Of a DNA stretch of 64,000 bases, positions 1-12,165 are shown piece after piece. The translations under genes and the position numbers were made by a program. A model generated the notes under the pieces. The model saw only the letters and a program-made list of their open reading frames with translations. It was not told the DNA's origin and did not search any database. The stretch lies in the NCBI RefSeq assembly GCF_001677475.2, contig NZ_CP015229.1. One strand, given 5' to 3'. Within the stretch, counting starts at the first letter, position 1, and the number at the start of each line of letters is the position of its first letter. This DNA comes from Escherichia coli. GTDB lineage: Bacteria; Pseudomonadota; Gammaproteobacteria; Enterobacterales; Enterobacteriaceae.

Positions 1-1322
1 TATACATGTTGGCAGTTGGCCCACCGAGATCGGAAATTACGCCCGTAAAACCTGGAACGGTGTCGCGGATCGCTTCGATCTCATTGATGATCGAATCTTC
101 CGAACGGCTCTGAATAATGCGCCCTTCATGCTCGGTAATAGAACAGAAAGAACAGCCACCAAAGCAGCCACGCATAATGTTGACCGAGAAACGGATCATT
201 TCGTAAGCCGGAATACGAGCATTGCCATAGGCCGGATGCGGCACGCGCTTGTACGGCAGCGCAAAAACGCTGTCCATCTCTTCGGTAGAAAGCGGGATAG
301 CAGGCGGGTTGATCCACACATAGCGGTCGCCATGTTTTTGCATCAATGCGCGGGCGCAGCCTGGGTTAGTTTCGTGGTGCAGAATACGCGAAGCATGGGC
401 GTACAGCACTTTATCGCCCTTCACTTTCTCGAAAGAAGGCAGCAACACGTAGGTTTTTTCCCATGGTTTCGGGCGCGGCGGCTGCACAGTTACAGCTTTA
501 GCTTCCTGCTTTTTCGGGGCCACCGGTTTGTTATCCGCGCACGGCAGATCTTCGCCATACGGATGCGGGATTGGGTCGATTTTCCCTGGGGTATCAAGAC
601 GGGTGGAATCCACACCGCTCCAGCCAGGCAGCGCCTCTTTTACGATAATTGCGGTATTACGCACATCGCGGATTTCACTAATCGGCTCACCCATCGCCAG
701 ACGATGCGCCACCTCCACCAACGGACGCTCACCGTTACCGAACATCAGCATGTCGGCTTTCGAATCCACCAGCACGGAACGGCGCACGGTATCGGACCAG
801 TAATCATAATGCGCGGTACGGCGCAGACTAGCCTCAATACCGCCGAGGATCACCGGCACATCTTTCCACGCCTCTTTACAACGCTGGGTATAAACCAGTG
901 TGGCGCGATCCGGTCGCTTACCCGCGACGTTATCCGGCGTGTAGGCATCGTCATGACGTAAACGGCGATCGGCAGTGTAACGGTTGATCATCGAATCCAT
1001 GTTGCCAGCAGTAACACCAAAAAACAGATTCGGTTTACCCAGACGCATAAAGTCGTCTTTGCTGCTCCAGTCCGGCTGGGCGATGATCCCGACGCGAAAG
1101 CCCTGCGCTTCCAGCATACGACCGCAAATCGCCATCCCAAAGCTTGGGTGATCGACATACGCGTCGCCAGTAACCAAAATGATGTCGCAGCTATCCCAGC
1201 CAAGTTGATCCATCTCTTCACGAGACATCGGCAAAAACGGTGCCGGTCCAAAACAGGCGGCCCAGTACTGCGGCCAGGAGAACAGGTCGCGATCCGGTTG
1301 GATCAGGGAGATAGAGCTCATT
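1..1322 (-). CDS. ygiQ: Radical SAM protein YgiQ (UPF0313), N-terminal part only; gene runs off the window start
   Basis: Reverse-strand translation from 1322 reads [40 protein letters not shown]; open frame continues to position 1. Missing from the ORF track because it is truncated by the window edge. Confidence 0.8.
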
Positions 1323-1431
1323 TTGCTTCCAGAAATGATAAAAAAATAATCAAAGGCCGGGGATTATAAGCCGGAACGAAAGAGAAATCGAAAGGTATTC
1401 CATACTCGCCCTCCTCGGGCGAGTATGAAGA

Positions 1432-2844
1432 TTACGGTACCGGATTGACCAACAGTTGCCCAATCGAGCCACGGTCCGCCATTTCCAGCGTCTGACTGTT
1501 GAAGTAGAACGGGAAGTGCGCCCAGGAAGGCTGACCAAAATAAACAAGCAGCTCCACTTGTCCGTCAACCCAAACGGTATCTTTCCAGCCTCTGTCTTCC
1601 GGGAACGGCATCGCGCCATTCACGTTACGGATCTGGAACATCACGCCTTCAATATGGAACGCTTGCGGCTCGTCCGCGCGTACCGTCCAGCGTTCCCATG
1701 TTCCTTGCTGCGCGGTGACATCAATACGGTTGACGTCCCACAGCTGTCCATTAATACCCGGGTCATCACCCAGACTGATATCGCGACTGCGAATTGGCGA
1801 ACCAGCCATGATTTCAGTTGGCAGCAAGCGCATCGGAAGACTGTCTGTGACCAGCGGCAGAAGGCCGGTTGGGCGCAGCGTTAGCACCAGGGTAGAAACC
1901 AGAATGCTGGATGGCTCAAAGAAGCCACGAATACGATCAACAATGCTCGCCGCTTCGCCACAGGTGATCGACACTTCATCACCGTTGCTCATATCCACCA
2001 GAATCTCGCGGCGCTCGCCCGGTGCCAGCGAAAGTTGCTTCACCGATACAGGAGCAGGCAGGAATCCCTGATCGCCAGAAATCACATGTAACGGGCGACC
2101 ATCGCTCATCTGTAGTTGATAGCGACGAGAGTTCGACGCGTTCAGCAGTCGCAAGCGCACCCAGCCGCGCGAGACTTCAACGTACGGGCTTTGTACACCG
2201 TTAACCAGCAGCGTATCACCAACAAAGCCGCCGCTTCCCGGTTCGTTGTATTCTGGCGTACCAAAGTTATCCAGCCGTTTATCCTGGATAATGACCGGAA
2301 AATCATCCACACCATAATGGTTGGGGATAGGCAGCGACTTGCTGACTTCATCTTCCACCAGCCACATTCCGGCAAGGCCGTTATAGACCTGCTGAGCCGT
2401 GCGGTTGGGAGTATTGGCGTGATACCACAGAGTAGCTGCGTTCTGGCGAATAGGCAGTACGGGTGCCCAGTCAGCGTTTGGCGACATCATCCGTGCCGGA
2501 CCGCCCATCAGCGGGCCTGGTACCTGTAGCCCGGACACCGTCATTGAGACATTTTCTGTCAGGCGGTTGCTGTAAATAAGCTTAACATCGTCGCCTTTCC
2601 AGACGCGGATAGTCGGCCCCAGGTAACGACCATTGATTCCCCAAACCGACGCGCGTGTCCCTGGCGTAAATGACCAGTGCGCACGTTGTACAGTCATAAA
2701 CAGCGGTTGCCCACGGCGAGATTCAAGCAGCGGCGGAACGGGTAGCGGTTGCTGTTGCCCGGCTGCGCTGGCCTTCAGGGGAACAGCGCCTGCACAAAGT
2801 GCAATCCCCGATGCCTGAATGAACTGACGCCGACTGAGTGACAT
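1432..2844 (-). CDS. ftsP: Cell division protein FtsP (SufI), Tat-exported multicopper-oxidase-like
   Basis: 470 aa; N-terminal twin-arginine signal (SRRQFIQASG); position next to plsC/parC. Confidence 0.9.
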   Translation of the reverse strand: MSLSRRQFIQASGIALCAGAVPLKASAAGQQQPLPVPPLLESRRGQPLFMTVQRAHWSFTPGTRASVWGINGRYLGPTIRVWKGDDVKLIYSNRLTENVSMTVSGLQVPGPLMGGPARMMSPNADWAPVLPIRQNAATLWYHANTPNRTAQQVYNGLAGMWLVEDEVSKSLPIPNHYGVDDFPVIIQDKRLDNFGTPEYNEPGSGGFVGDTLLVNGVQSPYVEVSRGWVRLRLLNASNSRRYQLQMSDGRPLHVISGDQGFLPAPVSVKQLSLAPGERREILVDMSNGDEVSITCGEAASIVDRIRGFFEPSSILVSTLVLTLRPTGLLPLVTDSLPMRLLPTEIMAGSPIRSRDISLGDDPGINGQLWDVNRIDVTAQQGTWERWTVRADEPQAFHIEGVMFQIRNVNGAMPFPEDRGWKDTVWVDGQVELLVYFGQPSWAHFPFYFNSQTLEMADRGSIGQLLVNPVP

Positions 2845-2918
2845 ATTTGCTCCATGTAAAACTGGCTAAAGTAATACCGTGCAGGAAAGTGTTCCCCGCA
2901 AAAATACAGATTGCCGAC

Positions 2919-3656
2919 TTAAACTTTTCCGGCGGCTTCGCGCTCTGCGACTTCTTTATCGAGCTCGGCGATTTTTTGTTCCATTATCGAACGACAATGG
3001 GCAGCCAGCTCACGAACCTGATCTTTGCCATACTGACTGACGTCAATTGGCGGCAGCATTTCGACAATCACCAGACCGTTGTGCAGTCGATTAAGATTAA
3101 TCTTATTCGAAGTTGTAGAGACACACACGGGAATAATCGGGACGCCCGCCGCAATTGCCGCGTGAAATGCCCCGGTCTTGAACGGTAGCAGGCCGCGACC
3201 ACGGCTGCGGGTACCTTCCGGGAACATCCAGATGGAAATACGGCGTTTTTTGAAGTGATTCACTACTTCCGCAATAGTGCCGTGAGCTTTAGTGCGATTA
3301 TTTCTGTCGATCAATAAGTTGCCGGTTAACCAGTACAACTGCCCGAAGAAGGGGATCCACAGCAAGCTCTTTTTACCTACCGTCACCGTCGGCGGTTGCA
3401 CAATGTTCGATGCTGTCACCATGTCATAGTTGTTCTGGTGGTTAGCGATATAGATAGCATTGCCGTAGCTTTCAGCGTCTGCAGGTTTGCGGCACTCAAC
3501 TTTCAGGCCGAACAGCGGCGCAAGACGGCCAAACATATGCCCAAAGGTGGCCACATGTTTCGGGTTACGCGGGCTGAAAAGGCAGTAAATGGAGCCGAAT
3601 ACACAGACTAAGATGCTGTAAATCACGGTAATAATAAGACGAAAGATATATAGCAT
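2919..3656 (-). CDS. plsC: 1-acyl-sn-glycerol-3-phosphate acyltransferase
   Basis: 245 aa; NHQNNYD acyltransferase motif region; conserved position upstream of parC. Confidence 0.9.
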   Translation of the reverse strand: MLYIFRLIITVIYSILVCVFGSIYCLFSPRNPKHVATFGHMFGRLAPLFGLKVECRKPADAESYGNAIYIANHQNNYDMVTASNIVQPPTVTVGKKSLLWIPFFGQLYWLTGNLLIDRNNRTKAHGTIAEVVNHFKKRRISIWMFPEGTRSRGRGLLPFKTGAFHAAIAAGVPIIPVCVSTTSNKINLNRLHNGLVIVEMLPPIDVSQYGKDQVRELAAHCRSIMEQKIAELDKEVAEREAAGKV

Positions 3657-3888
3657 AACACCCTCTGAAGGTCTGAGAGACTGGCATTGTACGTCACCTG
3701 AAATCAGGTTAGGGCATTGTTAAAAGCCGCTCTCTGGAAAAGCGTATTGTTAATCGCAACGCATGAATAAACAACGGTTTCAAGGGAATTTTTATCGTTT
3801 CCGGGGGTTGAATACGCTGCCGGATGACGACTTAACGTTTCATCCGGCGTTCCTTGCAAGCGGGAGGAAACAGGCCCTCCCCGGCATA

Positions 3889-6147
3889 TTACTCTTCGCT
3901 ATCACCACTGCTGGCACGGCGAGGAGAGTCGATCTCAACACGATCGATACGCTGCAAACCGCGCATCAACGTACCGCGGCGTCCACGTTCGCCAGTGACT
4001 TTCTGTAGCTCTTCCGGACGCAGTTTAATTTTGCGTTTCCCAACATGAATGGTCAGCGTGCTTTGCGGCGGCAGAACGTACAGTTGCGCAAGACCATCTT
4101 CTCCACGCGCGGCTTCTGCCGATGGAATGTTGATAATCTTGTTGCCTTTGCCCTTCGACAGCTGCGGCAGATCGCTTACCGGGAACATCAACATACGGCC
4201 TGCCTGAGTGATTGCCAGCAGCATATCGGAAGCATCTTCAATCACCACCGGCGGCATAACATGGGCATTTTCCGGTAAGGTGATCAAAGCTTTACCTGCA
4301 CGGTTACGCGCCACCAGATCGTTAAAGGTGCAGACGAAACCGTAACCCGCATCGGAAGCCATCAGCAGTTTCTGATCGTCGCTTTCCATCAGCATATGGT
4401 CAACGGTCGCCCCAGGCGGCAACGTTAATTTGCCGGTGAGCGGTTCGCCCTGACCACGCGCCGACGGCAGCGTAATCGGGTCAATGGCATAGCTACGACC
4501 GGTGGAATCAACAAACACTACCGGTTGGTTGCTCTTACCTTTCACCGCCGCTTTGAAGCTATCACCCGCTTTATAATTCAGGCCCGGCGCGTCGATATCA
4601 TGGCCTTTAGCGCTGCGTACCCAGCCCATCTGCGACAGCACAATAGTGACAGGTTCAGACGGCAGCATGTCGTGCTCGCTCATCGCTTTCGCTTCTTCGC
4701 GTTCCTGCAACGGCGAACGACGATCGTCACCGTAGGCTTGCGCGTCTGCCTGCAGTTCTTTCTTCAGCAGGTTATTCATTTTACGCTCGGAAGCCAAAAT
4801 GCCCTGCAACTGGTCGCGCTCTTTTTCCAGCTCACTCTGCTCACCGCGAATCTTCATCTCTTCCAGTTTGGCAAGATGACGCAGTTTCAGTTCGAGGATC
4901 GCTTCCGCCTGGGTTTCCGTAAGGCCAAACCGCGACATCAGCGCCGGTTTCGGTTCATCTTCATTACGAATGATCTCAATCACTTCGTCGATATTGAGAA
5001 ACGCCACCAGCAAACCTTCGAGGATATGCAGGCGCTTGAGGACTTTCTCCAGACGATAGTTCAGTCGGCGGCGCACGGTATCGCGGCGGAACACCAGCCA
5101 TTCAGAGAGGATTTCCAGCAGGTTTTTCACCGCCGGACGACCATCCAGACCGATCATATTGAGATTAATGCGATAGCTCTTTTCCAGATCGGTGGTAGCG
5201 AAGAGGTGGTTCATCACCTGATCCATATCCACGCGGTTGGAACGCGGCACAATCACCAGACGGGTCGGGTTCTCGTGGTCAGATTCATCGCGCAGATCGT
5301 CAACCATCGGCAGCTTTTTGTTGCGCATTTGCGCAGCAATTTGCTCCAGTACGCGCGCACCTGAAACCTGATGCGGCAATGCGCTGATAACCACCGCACC
5401 ATCTTCTTTCTTCCACACCGCGCGCATACGCACTGAACCACGTCCGTTCTCGTAGATTTTACGGATCTCGGCGCGCGAAGTGATAATTTCCGCTTCAGTC
5501 GGATAATCCGGCCCCTGCACGATATCCAGCAGCTGATCGAGCGTGGTTTTCGGCTGGTCGATTAATGCGATTGCCGCCTGAGCCACTTCACGCAGGTTAT
5601 GCGGTGGAATATCGGTCGCCATGCCGACGGCAATACCGGTGGTACCGTTAAGCAAAATGTTTGGCAGACGGGCAGGTAGCATTTTCGGCTCCTGCAAAGT
5701 GCCGTCGAAGTTTGGTACCCAGTCAGCCGTCCCCTGCCCCAGCTCGCTCAATAGCAGCTCGGAATATTTCGACAACCGGGATTCGGTGTAACGCATTGCC
5801 GCGAACGATTTCGGATCGTCCGGCGCGCCCCAGTTCCCCTGACCATCAACCAGCGGATAACGGTAAGAGAACGGCTGCGCCATCAGGACCATCGCTTCAT
5901 AACAGGCGCTATCGCCGTGCGGATGGTATTTACCCAGTACGTCACCGACTGTACGGGCCGATTTTTTAAATTTGGCGCTGGCATTCAGGCCCAGCTCAGA
6001 CATCGCATACACAATGCGGCGCTGAACAGGTTTCAGACCATCACCAATAAACGGCAACGCACGGTCCATGATCACGTACATGGAGTAGTTTAAGTAGGCG
6101 TTTTCCGTAAATTCATGTAGCGCAAGGCGCTCTGCCATATCGCTCAT
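3889..6147 (-). CDS. parC: DNA topoisomerase IV subunit A
   Basis: 752 aa; GyrA/ParC N-terminal signature ([17 protein letters not shown]). Confidence 0.95.
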
Positions 6148-6284
6148 TAATTCTGATTCCTCAACTTATTCGCCAGCCTTCAAAGGGGCAATATTGCCGG
6201 AGATACTACATTATCTGCCGCGTCGAGTCACAGGAGATCAGCGTGAATAGCGCCGCCGGACGTGCTCCGACGGCGATAAAGGCA

Positions 6285-7892
6285 TCAATGTGCCTTGATA
6301 TACAACTCTTTGCTGTAGACATAATCCTGGGGATTATGCAGCGGAAAACCGCCAACGTAGGGTTTAAGCAGTTTGATTAACGGCTGATAGTAGATAGGAA
6401 TCAGCGGTGCCTGTTGGTTGATGATCACTTCTGCCTGCTGATACAACGCATTACGCTTTGTCGCATCAGTGATCTGCGTGGCCTGGTTTAGTAAGGCGTC
6501 ATACTGCGCATTTTTCCAGTGACCGACGTTTTCTTCACTATCGCTTTTGAGCGTGTTCAGGAAGCTGGAAGCATCATTGTACGTCGTATCCCACGACTGC
6601 CGAGACAGCATGAAATCACCGGCTCGTCGGGCATCAAGATAGGTTTTCCACTCCATTGTACGCAGCGTCACCTGTGCACCCAGCCATTTTTTCCATTCGG
6701 AAGACAACGCTATCGCGGTCTTTTCATGCAGATCGTACTTGTTGTAGAACAGCTCAAAGCGTAGCGGATGAGAGGCGTCGTATCCCGCCTGTTTCAGCAA
6801 GGCTTTTGCCATCGCGACGCGCTCACTCATTGGCTTTTGCAGTTCATCGAACGTCGTCGTGCTAAAGCCTTTTACCTCTGGCGGCGTCAGCGTGGTTGCG
6901 GGCGTTCTCAACCCCAGTACCTTTTGCGCAATAAGCTGTCGATCAACCGTAAGATATAGCGCCCGACGCACTCGCACATCGTTAAATGGCGGTTTCTCAA
7001 GGTTAAAGTTGTAATATTCGCTGTTCAGACGCGGGATAATTCGTAGCTCGCCAGGCAGTGATTTTTCAATGGCAGGAATTTGCTGCGCCGGAACCCAGGT
7101 GAGATCGACCTCTCCCGCGCGATAGCGGTTATAGCCGGTGACCGAATTATCCAGCGCCAGATACTCAACTTGTTGCAATACTGTATGTTGCGCATCGCGG
7201 TACTTTGGATTTTTGCGTGCAGTAATCTTTTCGTTAACTACCCACTGTTCAAGCACAAAGGCACCGTTGTAAACCATGTTCTCTGGCTTACTCCAGCTAT
7301 CGCCATGTTTAGCGATGACATGATGAGGAACCGGGAACAGCGTCGGCCAGGCGAGCATCGTCGTGAACCAAGGAACCGGCTGCTCAAGCGTAACTTCAAG
7401 AGTACGATCATCCGTCGCTTTGACACCCAGCGATGTAACATCTGCTTTACCCGCAACAATAGCCGCGGCATTGTTAATGTGCGCCTGTGCCAGATAGCCA
7501 GCAAAAGGGCTTGCCGTTTTCGGGTCAACCGCGCGCTGCCAGCCGAGGACAAAATCCTCTGCCGTCAAAGGCTGACCGTCTGACCACTGCAAACCGCTAC
7601 GCAGATGGAAAATATAGCGCTTGCCGCCGTCCAGTATCTCCCAGCGTTCAGCCTGAGCGGGCTGCACCTGGCCTTCACCGTCCATCCATACCAGACCTTC
7701 AAACAGATCCAGCACAATCTGCGCGGCAGTATTCTCCTCCACCTTTTGCGGGTCGAGCGTACCTGGGTCGCTATGATTGTTGTAACGAAAGACTTGTTGC
7801 GGGGCGAGCGGTGTGTTGGCGGGAACGTCAGCAGCGTAGAGAGGTGCCGCACTTACCAGGCTGACCAGCCATAATAAATTTCGCGTATACAT
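6285..7892 (-). CDS. ygiS: Periplasmic solute-binding protein of an ABC transporter (family 5, oligopeptide-type)
   Basis: ORF 6285-7955; likely start at the internal Met preceding a signal peptide (MYTRNLLWLVSLVSAAPLYA). Confidence 0.8.
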   Translation of the reverse strand: MYTRNLLWLVSLVSAAPLYAADVPANTPLAPQQVFRYNNHSDPGTLDPQKVEENTAAQIVLDLFEGLVWMDGEGQVQPAQAERWEILDGGKRYIFHLRSGLQWSDGQPLTAEDFVLGWQRAVDPKTASPFAGYLAQAHINNAAAIVAGKADVTSLGVKATDDRTLEVTLEQPVPWFTTMLAWPTLFPVPHHVIAKHGDSWSKPENMVYNGAFVLEQWVVNEKITARKNPKYRDAQHTVLQQVEYLALDNSVTGYNRYRAGEVDLTWVPAQQIPAIEKSLPGELRIIPRLNSEYYNFNLEKPPFNDVRVRRALYLTVDRQLIAQKVLGLRTPATTLTPPEVKGFSTTTFDELQKPMSERVAMAKALLKQAGYDASHPLRFELFYNKYDLHEKTAIALSSEWKKWLGAQVTLRTMEWKTYLDARRAGDFMLSRQSWDTTYNDASSFLNTLKSDSEENVGHWKNAQYDALLNQATQITDATKRNALYQQAEVIINQQAPLIPIYYQPLIKLLKPYVGGFPLHNPQDYVYSKELYIKAH

Positions 7893-8000
7893 GGTATTCC
7901 TTACCGGAGAAATTATAAGCCCAATAACAATACGCCTGTGGCATTGTTCGCTCAAACTTATCGCGAGTGATTTGGCTCACACTCCGGTAAAGATTCCCCA

Positions 8001-8483
8001 TCACGCTAACGGTACATAAACATCCGTTTCCAGTCGCTGCTCTGTCACCCCTTCGGCAAGATTGGTGTAGTGAAACAGAATCGGTGCTTTACGCATTTTC
8101 TCGCCGCTTGCAGGCAGCCAGTGGCGAATAATGCCCCATATCGTGTGTGAAATATCGTCCAGCTCGCCAACATGGCGGGTAACAGCATAACGCCCACCGG
8201 TAAGTTCGCCATTACTCACGCCATAACGATTATCGGGGATCGGTTCGCTAACGCTGCCGCAGATATCAAAGCGAAACGCTTCCGGTGCGGTGGTGGCAGG
8301 GTCGTCCCAGGCGACGCCAAAAGTCTGGCTTTGGTTAACAGGAGAAAGCCCCGTCTCTTTACGCCACATGATAAATTTCGCCACGCTGTAGTTGAGCAAC
8401 TCAGGGCTACAGCGGTGCGGCAACATCGCCACAGGGATTGATGGGAAATCGATAATATTTACATCCAGTGTCAGGTTTGTCAT
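8001..8483 (-). CDS. ygiV: GyrI-like small-molecule-binding domain protein / transcriptional regulator
   Basis: 160 aa; sequence and position between ygiS and ygiW. Confidence 0.7.
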   Translation of the reverse strand: MTNLTLDVNIIDFPSIPVAMLPHRCSPELLNYSVAKFIMWRKETGLSPVNQSQTFGVAWDDPATTAPEAFRFDICGSVSEPIPDNRYGVSNGELTGGRYAVTRHVGELDDISHTIWGIIRHWLPASGEKMRKAPILFHYTNLAEGVTEQRLETDVYVPLA

Positions 8484-8535
8484 TTTGCCTCCCTGCGAAA
8501 TTATTCCCGGGAACGCGTCCCGGGAGCGGTAACAA

Positions 8536-8928
8536 TTACGGATTTACTTTGCGGATCTGTTTGACGTCAATTTCAACAGAATTCCAGTCTTTATCGACTT
8601 CCCCCTGAATCTCAACCGTATCTTTCGGCGTCACCGTCACGCCGTTCCAGCGTTTGTGGTCGATATCAACATTGATAGTACCGCTGGCATCTTTGAACAC
8701 GTAGAGATCGTCAGAGATGCGTTCAACGATATTGCCGCGCAGGGTTACCCAGGTGTCGTCACGCAGGGATTTTGCGCTTTCTACAGTCGTTACGCTGCCA
8801 TTCGGCCCCTGGAATCCTCCGGCCTGACTTTGCGTTGCCGATGGGCCAGAAAAACCGCCCTGCTCTGCTGCCATCACCGGTGCGCTGCACAGGGCCATTA
8901 CTGCGATTACTGCTGCGAATTTTTTCAT
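8536..8928 (-). CDS. ygiW: Periplasmic OB-fold (BOF family) stress protein
   Basis: Signal peptide MKKFAAVIAVMALCSAPVMA; ATG at 8926-8928; divergent from qseBC. Confidence 0.75.
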   Translation of the reverse strand: MKKFAAVIAVMALCSAPVMAAEQGGFSGPSATQSQAGGFQGPNGSVTTVESAKSLRDDTWVTLRGNIVERISDDLYVFKDASGTINVDIDHKRWNGVTVTPKDTVEIQGEVDKDWNSVEIDVKQIRKVNP

Positions 8929-9079
8929 GTTTATTACTCCCTTTAATGTCTGTTTCCGAGCATTTAACAAGATAGTCCTTAACAACTTCTTAAGGGAAAA
9001 AAATAAAATTTAATGCTGTACAGAGCGCGTTACAACACGGTTTACTGGCAGCAAATACGGTTATCGCAGGGATGAAAAA

Positions 9080-9739
9080 ATGCGAATTTTACTGATAGAA
9101 GATGACATGCTGATTGGCGACGGCATCAAAACGGGCCTTAGTAAAATGGGTTTTAGCGTCGACTGGTTTACACAAGGTCGTCAGGGAAAAGAGGCGCTAT
9201 ACAGCGCACCTTATGATGCGGTGATCCTGGATTTAACCTTACCAGGCATGGATGGTCGCGATATTTTGCGCGAATGGCGAGAAAAAGGTCAGCGTGAGCC
9301 GGTATTGATCCTGACCGCGCGCGATGCGCTGGCGGAACGTGTAGAAGGGCTGCGTCTGGGAGCTGACGATTATCTGTGTAAACCTTTTGCGTTGATAGAA
9401 GTCGCCGCCAGGCTAGAAGCTCTGATGCGCCGAACCAACGGCCAGGCCAGCAACGAGCTGCGCCACGGCAACGTCATGCTCGACCCCGGCAAACGTATCG
9501 CCACACTGGCTGGCGAACCCTTAACGCTGAAACCAAAAGAATTTGCCCTGCTGGAATTACTGATGCGTAACGCTGGTCGGGTACTGCCGCGCAAACTGAT
9601 TGAAGAGAAACTGTATACCTGGGACGAAGAGGTCACCAGTAATGCCGTTGAAGTGCATGTGCATCATCTGCGACGCAAACTCGGCAGTGATTTTATTCGT
9701 ACCGTTCATGGTATTGGCTACACATTAGGTGAGAAATGA
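9080..9739 (+). CDS. qseB: Two-component response regulator QseB (OmpR family)
   Basis: 219 aa; receiver domain (MRILLIEDD) plus winged-helix C-terminus; 4-nt overlap with downstream kinase gene. Confidence 0.9.
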   Translation: MRILLIEDDMLIGDGIKTGLSKMGFSVDWFTQGRQGKEALYSAPYDAVILDLTLPGMDGRDILREWREKGQREPVLILTARDALAERVEGLRLGADDYLCKPFALIEVAARLEALMRRTNGQASNELRHGNVMLDPGKRIATLAGEPLTLKPKEFALLELLMRNAGRVLPRKLIEEKLYTWDEEVTSNAVEVHVHHLRRKLGSDFIRTVHGIGYTLGEK

Positions 9740-11085
9740 AATTTACCCAACGTCTTAGTCTGCGAGTCAGGCTGACGCTAATCTTTTTAATTCTGGCCTC
9801 GGTGACCTGGCTGCTTTCCAGCTTTGTCGCCTGGAAACAAACAACGGATAACGTCGATGAGTTGTTCGACACCCAACTGATGCTGTTTGCCAAACGGTTA
9901 AGTACGCTCGATCTCAACGAAATCAACGCGGCAGATCGCATGGCACAGACGCCAAATAAATTAAAACACGGTCATGTTGATGACGATGCGCTGACCTTTG
10001 CCATCTTTACCCACGACGGCAGAATGGTCCTTAACGATGGCGATAACGGAGAAGATATTCCCTATAGCTATCAGCGGGAAGGTTTTGCTGACGGGCAACT
10101 GGTCGGTGAAGACGATCCCTGGCGTTTTGTCTGGATGACCTCACCTGATGGCAAATATCGCATCGTTGTTGGTCAGGAATGGGAATACCGCGAAGACATG
10201 GCGCTGGCGATTGTTGCCGGGCAATTGATCCCGTGGCTGGTCGCACTGCCGATTATGTTAATCATCATGATGGTACTACTGGGTCGTGAACTCGCGCCGC
10301 TGAACAAACTGGCGCTGGCACTACGTATGCGTGACCCTGACTCGGAAAAACCACTAAACGCGACGGGCGTACCTAGCGAAGTGCGTCCACTGGTTGAGTC
10401 GTTGAATCAACTGTTCGCCCGCACACATGCGATGATGGTTCGTGAACGACGCTTTACCTCCGACGCAGCTCACGAACTACGTAGCCCGTTAACGGCGCTG
10501 AAAGTGCAAACCGAAGTTGCGCAGCTCTCTGACGATGATCCGCAGGCGCGGAAAAAAGCGCTGCTTCAATTACATTCCGGAATCGATCGCGCTACTCGTC
10601 TGGTTGATCAACTGCTCACGCTATCGCGGCTGGACTCACTGGATAACCTTCAGGACGTCGCGGAGATCCCGCTTGAAGATCTCCTGCAATCGTCGGTGAT
10701 GGATATTTACCACACGGCGCAGCAGGCGAAAATTGACGTGCGACTGACACTCAATGTCCAGGGCATCAAACGCACCGGACAACCGCTATTGCTAAGTTTG
10801 TTGGTGCGAAACCTTCTGGATAACGCCGTGCGTTACAGTCCACAGGGTAGCGTGGTAGACGTCACGCTGAATGCCGATAATTTCATCGTGAGGGATAACG
10901 GCCCCGGTGTGACGCCAGAGGCACTGGCGCGAATTGGCGAACGCTTCTATCGCCCACCCGGGCAAACCGCTACCGGCAGTGGACTTGGGCTATCGATTGT
11001 CCAGCGAATCGCCAAATTGCATGGCATGAATGTTGAGTTTGGGAATGCGGAACAAGGTGGATTTGAGGCGAAGGTAAGCTGGTAA
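9736..11085 (+). CDS. qseC: Sensor histidine kinase QseC
   Basis: 449 aa; two TM segments, H-box (AAHELRSPL), ATPase domain; translationally coupled to qseB. Confidence 0.9.
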   Translation: MKFTQRLSLRVRLTLIFLILASVTWLLSSFVAWKQTTDNVDELFDTQLMLFAKRLSTLDLNEINAADRMAQTPNKLKHGHVDDDALTFAIFTHDGRMVLNDGDNGEDIPYSYQREGFADGQLVGEDDPWRFVWMTSPDGKYRIVVGQEWEYREDMALAIVAGQLIPWLVALPIMLIIMMVLLGRELAPLNKLALALRMRDPDSEKPLNATGVPSEVRPLVESLNQLFARTHAMMVRERRFTSDAAHELRSPLTALKVQTEVAQLSDDDPQARKKALLQLHSGIDRATRLVDQLLTLSRLDSLDNLQDVAEIPLEDLLQSSVMDIYHTAQQAKIDVRLTLNVQGIKRTGQPLLLSLLVRNLLDNAVRYSPQGSVVDVTLNADNFIVRDNGPGVTPEALARIGERFYRPPGQTATGSGLGLSIVQRIAKLHGMNVEFGNAEQGGFEAKVSW

Positions 11086-11194
11086 GGGTAAGACTTTTGC
11101 TAAATTCGCAAAAGACTTTGCACATTTTGCTAATTTCACCGTACCGCTCTGTGACGTACTATAGTCGACAAACGTCTCACCTTGAGGTTAAAAA

Positions 11195-11776
11195 ATGAGC
11201 AACATCCTGATTATCAACGGCGCGAAAAAATTCGCCCACTCCAATGGTCAACTGAACGACACCCTGACCGAAGTCGCGGATGGCACACTGCGCGACCTCG
11301 GGCATGATGTCCGCATCGTTCGCGCCGACAGCGACTACGATGTCAAAGCGGAAGTACAAAACTTTCTCTGGGCTGATGTGGTGATCTGGCAGATGCCAGG
11401 CTGGTGGATGGGCGCGCCGTGGACAGTGAAAAAATACATTGATGATGTATTCACCGAAGGTCACGGGACTCTGTATGCCAGCGATGGTCGTACCCGCAAA
11501 GATCCGTCGAAAAAATACGGCTCCGGCGGCCTGGTACAGGGCAAAAAATATATGCTTTCTCTGACCTGGAACGCACCAATGGAAGCCTTCACCGAAAAAG
11601 ATCAGTTCTTCCACGGCGTTGGCGTTGACGGTGTGTATCTGCCGTTCCATAAAGCAAACCAATTCCTCGGTATGGAACCGCTGCCGACATTTATCGCTAA
11701 TGACGTGATAAAAATGCCTGATGTTCCCCGCTATACTGAAGAATATCGCAAGCATCTTGTGGAAATTTTTGGTTAA
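11195..11776 (+). CDS. mdaB: NADPH:quinone oxidoreductase MdaB
   Basis: 193 aa flavodoxin-like; MSNILIINGAKKFAHSNGQLN. Confidence 0.85.
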   Translation: MSNILIINGAKKFAHSNGQLNDTLTEVADGTLRDLGHDVRIVRADSDYDVKAEVQNFLWADVVIWQMPGWWMGAPWTVKKYIDDVFTEGHGTLYASDGRTRKDPSKKYGSGGLVQGKKYMLSLTWNAPMEAFTEKDQFFHGVGVDGVYLPFHKANQFLGMEPLPTFIANDVIKMPDVPRYTEEYRKHLVEIFG

Positions 11777-11806
11777 CTAGAGCTCAGGCTTTAGAAGGAG
11801 TTAACC

Positions 11807-12121
11807 ATGCTTACCGTAATCGCAGAAATCCGTACTCGTCCTGGTCAACATCACCGTCAGGCGGTATTGGATCAGTTTGCTAAAATCGTTCCAACCGTAC
11901 TGAAGGAAGAAGGTTGCCACGGCTATGCGCCGATGGTGGATTGCGCTGCTGGCGTGAGTTTCCAGTCTATGGCGCCGGACTCTATCGTGATGATTGAGCA
12001 GTGGGAAAGCATCGCGCATCTTGAAGCGCACTTGCAGACCCCGCACATGAAAGCGTACAGCGAGGCCGTAAAAGGCGATGTGCTGGAGATGAATATCCGC
12101 ATCCTGCAACCGGGGATTTAA
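11807..12121 (+). CDS. ygiN: Quinol monooxygenase YgiN (ABM domain)
   Basis: 104 aa; follows mdaB with RBS GGAG. Confidence 0.8.
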   Translation: MLTVIAEIRTRPGQHHRQAVLDQFAKIVPTVLKEEGCHGYAPMVDCAAGVSFQSMAPDSIVMIEQWESIAHLEAHLQTPHMKAYSEAVKGDVLEMNIRILQPGI

Positions 12122-12165
12122 CATTCCTGAAAAGAGGCCGGTGTTGCTACCGGCCTCAGGTCAGA

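Noticed and set aside
128-961. 277-aa plus-strand ORF at the window start
   Set aside because: Lies antisense to the ygiQ radical-SAM gene, whose reverse-strand frame is continuous and has a recognisable N-terminus; judged a spurious antisense frame.
4525-5364. 279-aa plus-strand ORF inside parC
   Set aside because: Antisense to a well-supported essential gene; low-complexity translation; no RBS or independent support.
11086-11194. Expected ygiZ gene between qseC and mdaB
   Set aside because: I half-remember a small membrane-protein gene here in K-12, but only a 110-bp intergenic region with a palindrome is present and I am not confident of the reference order, so not reported as a finding.
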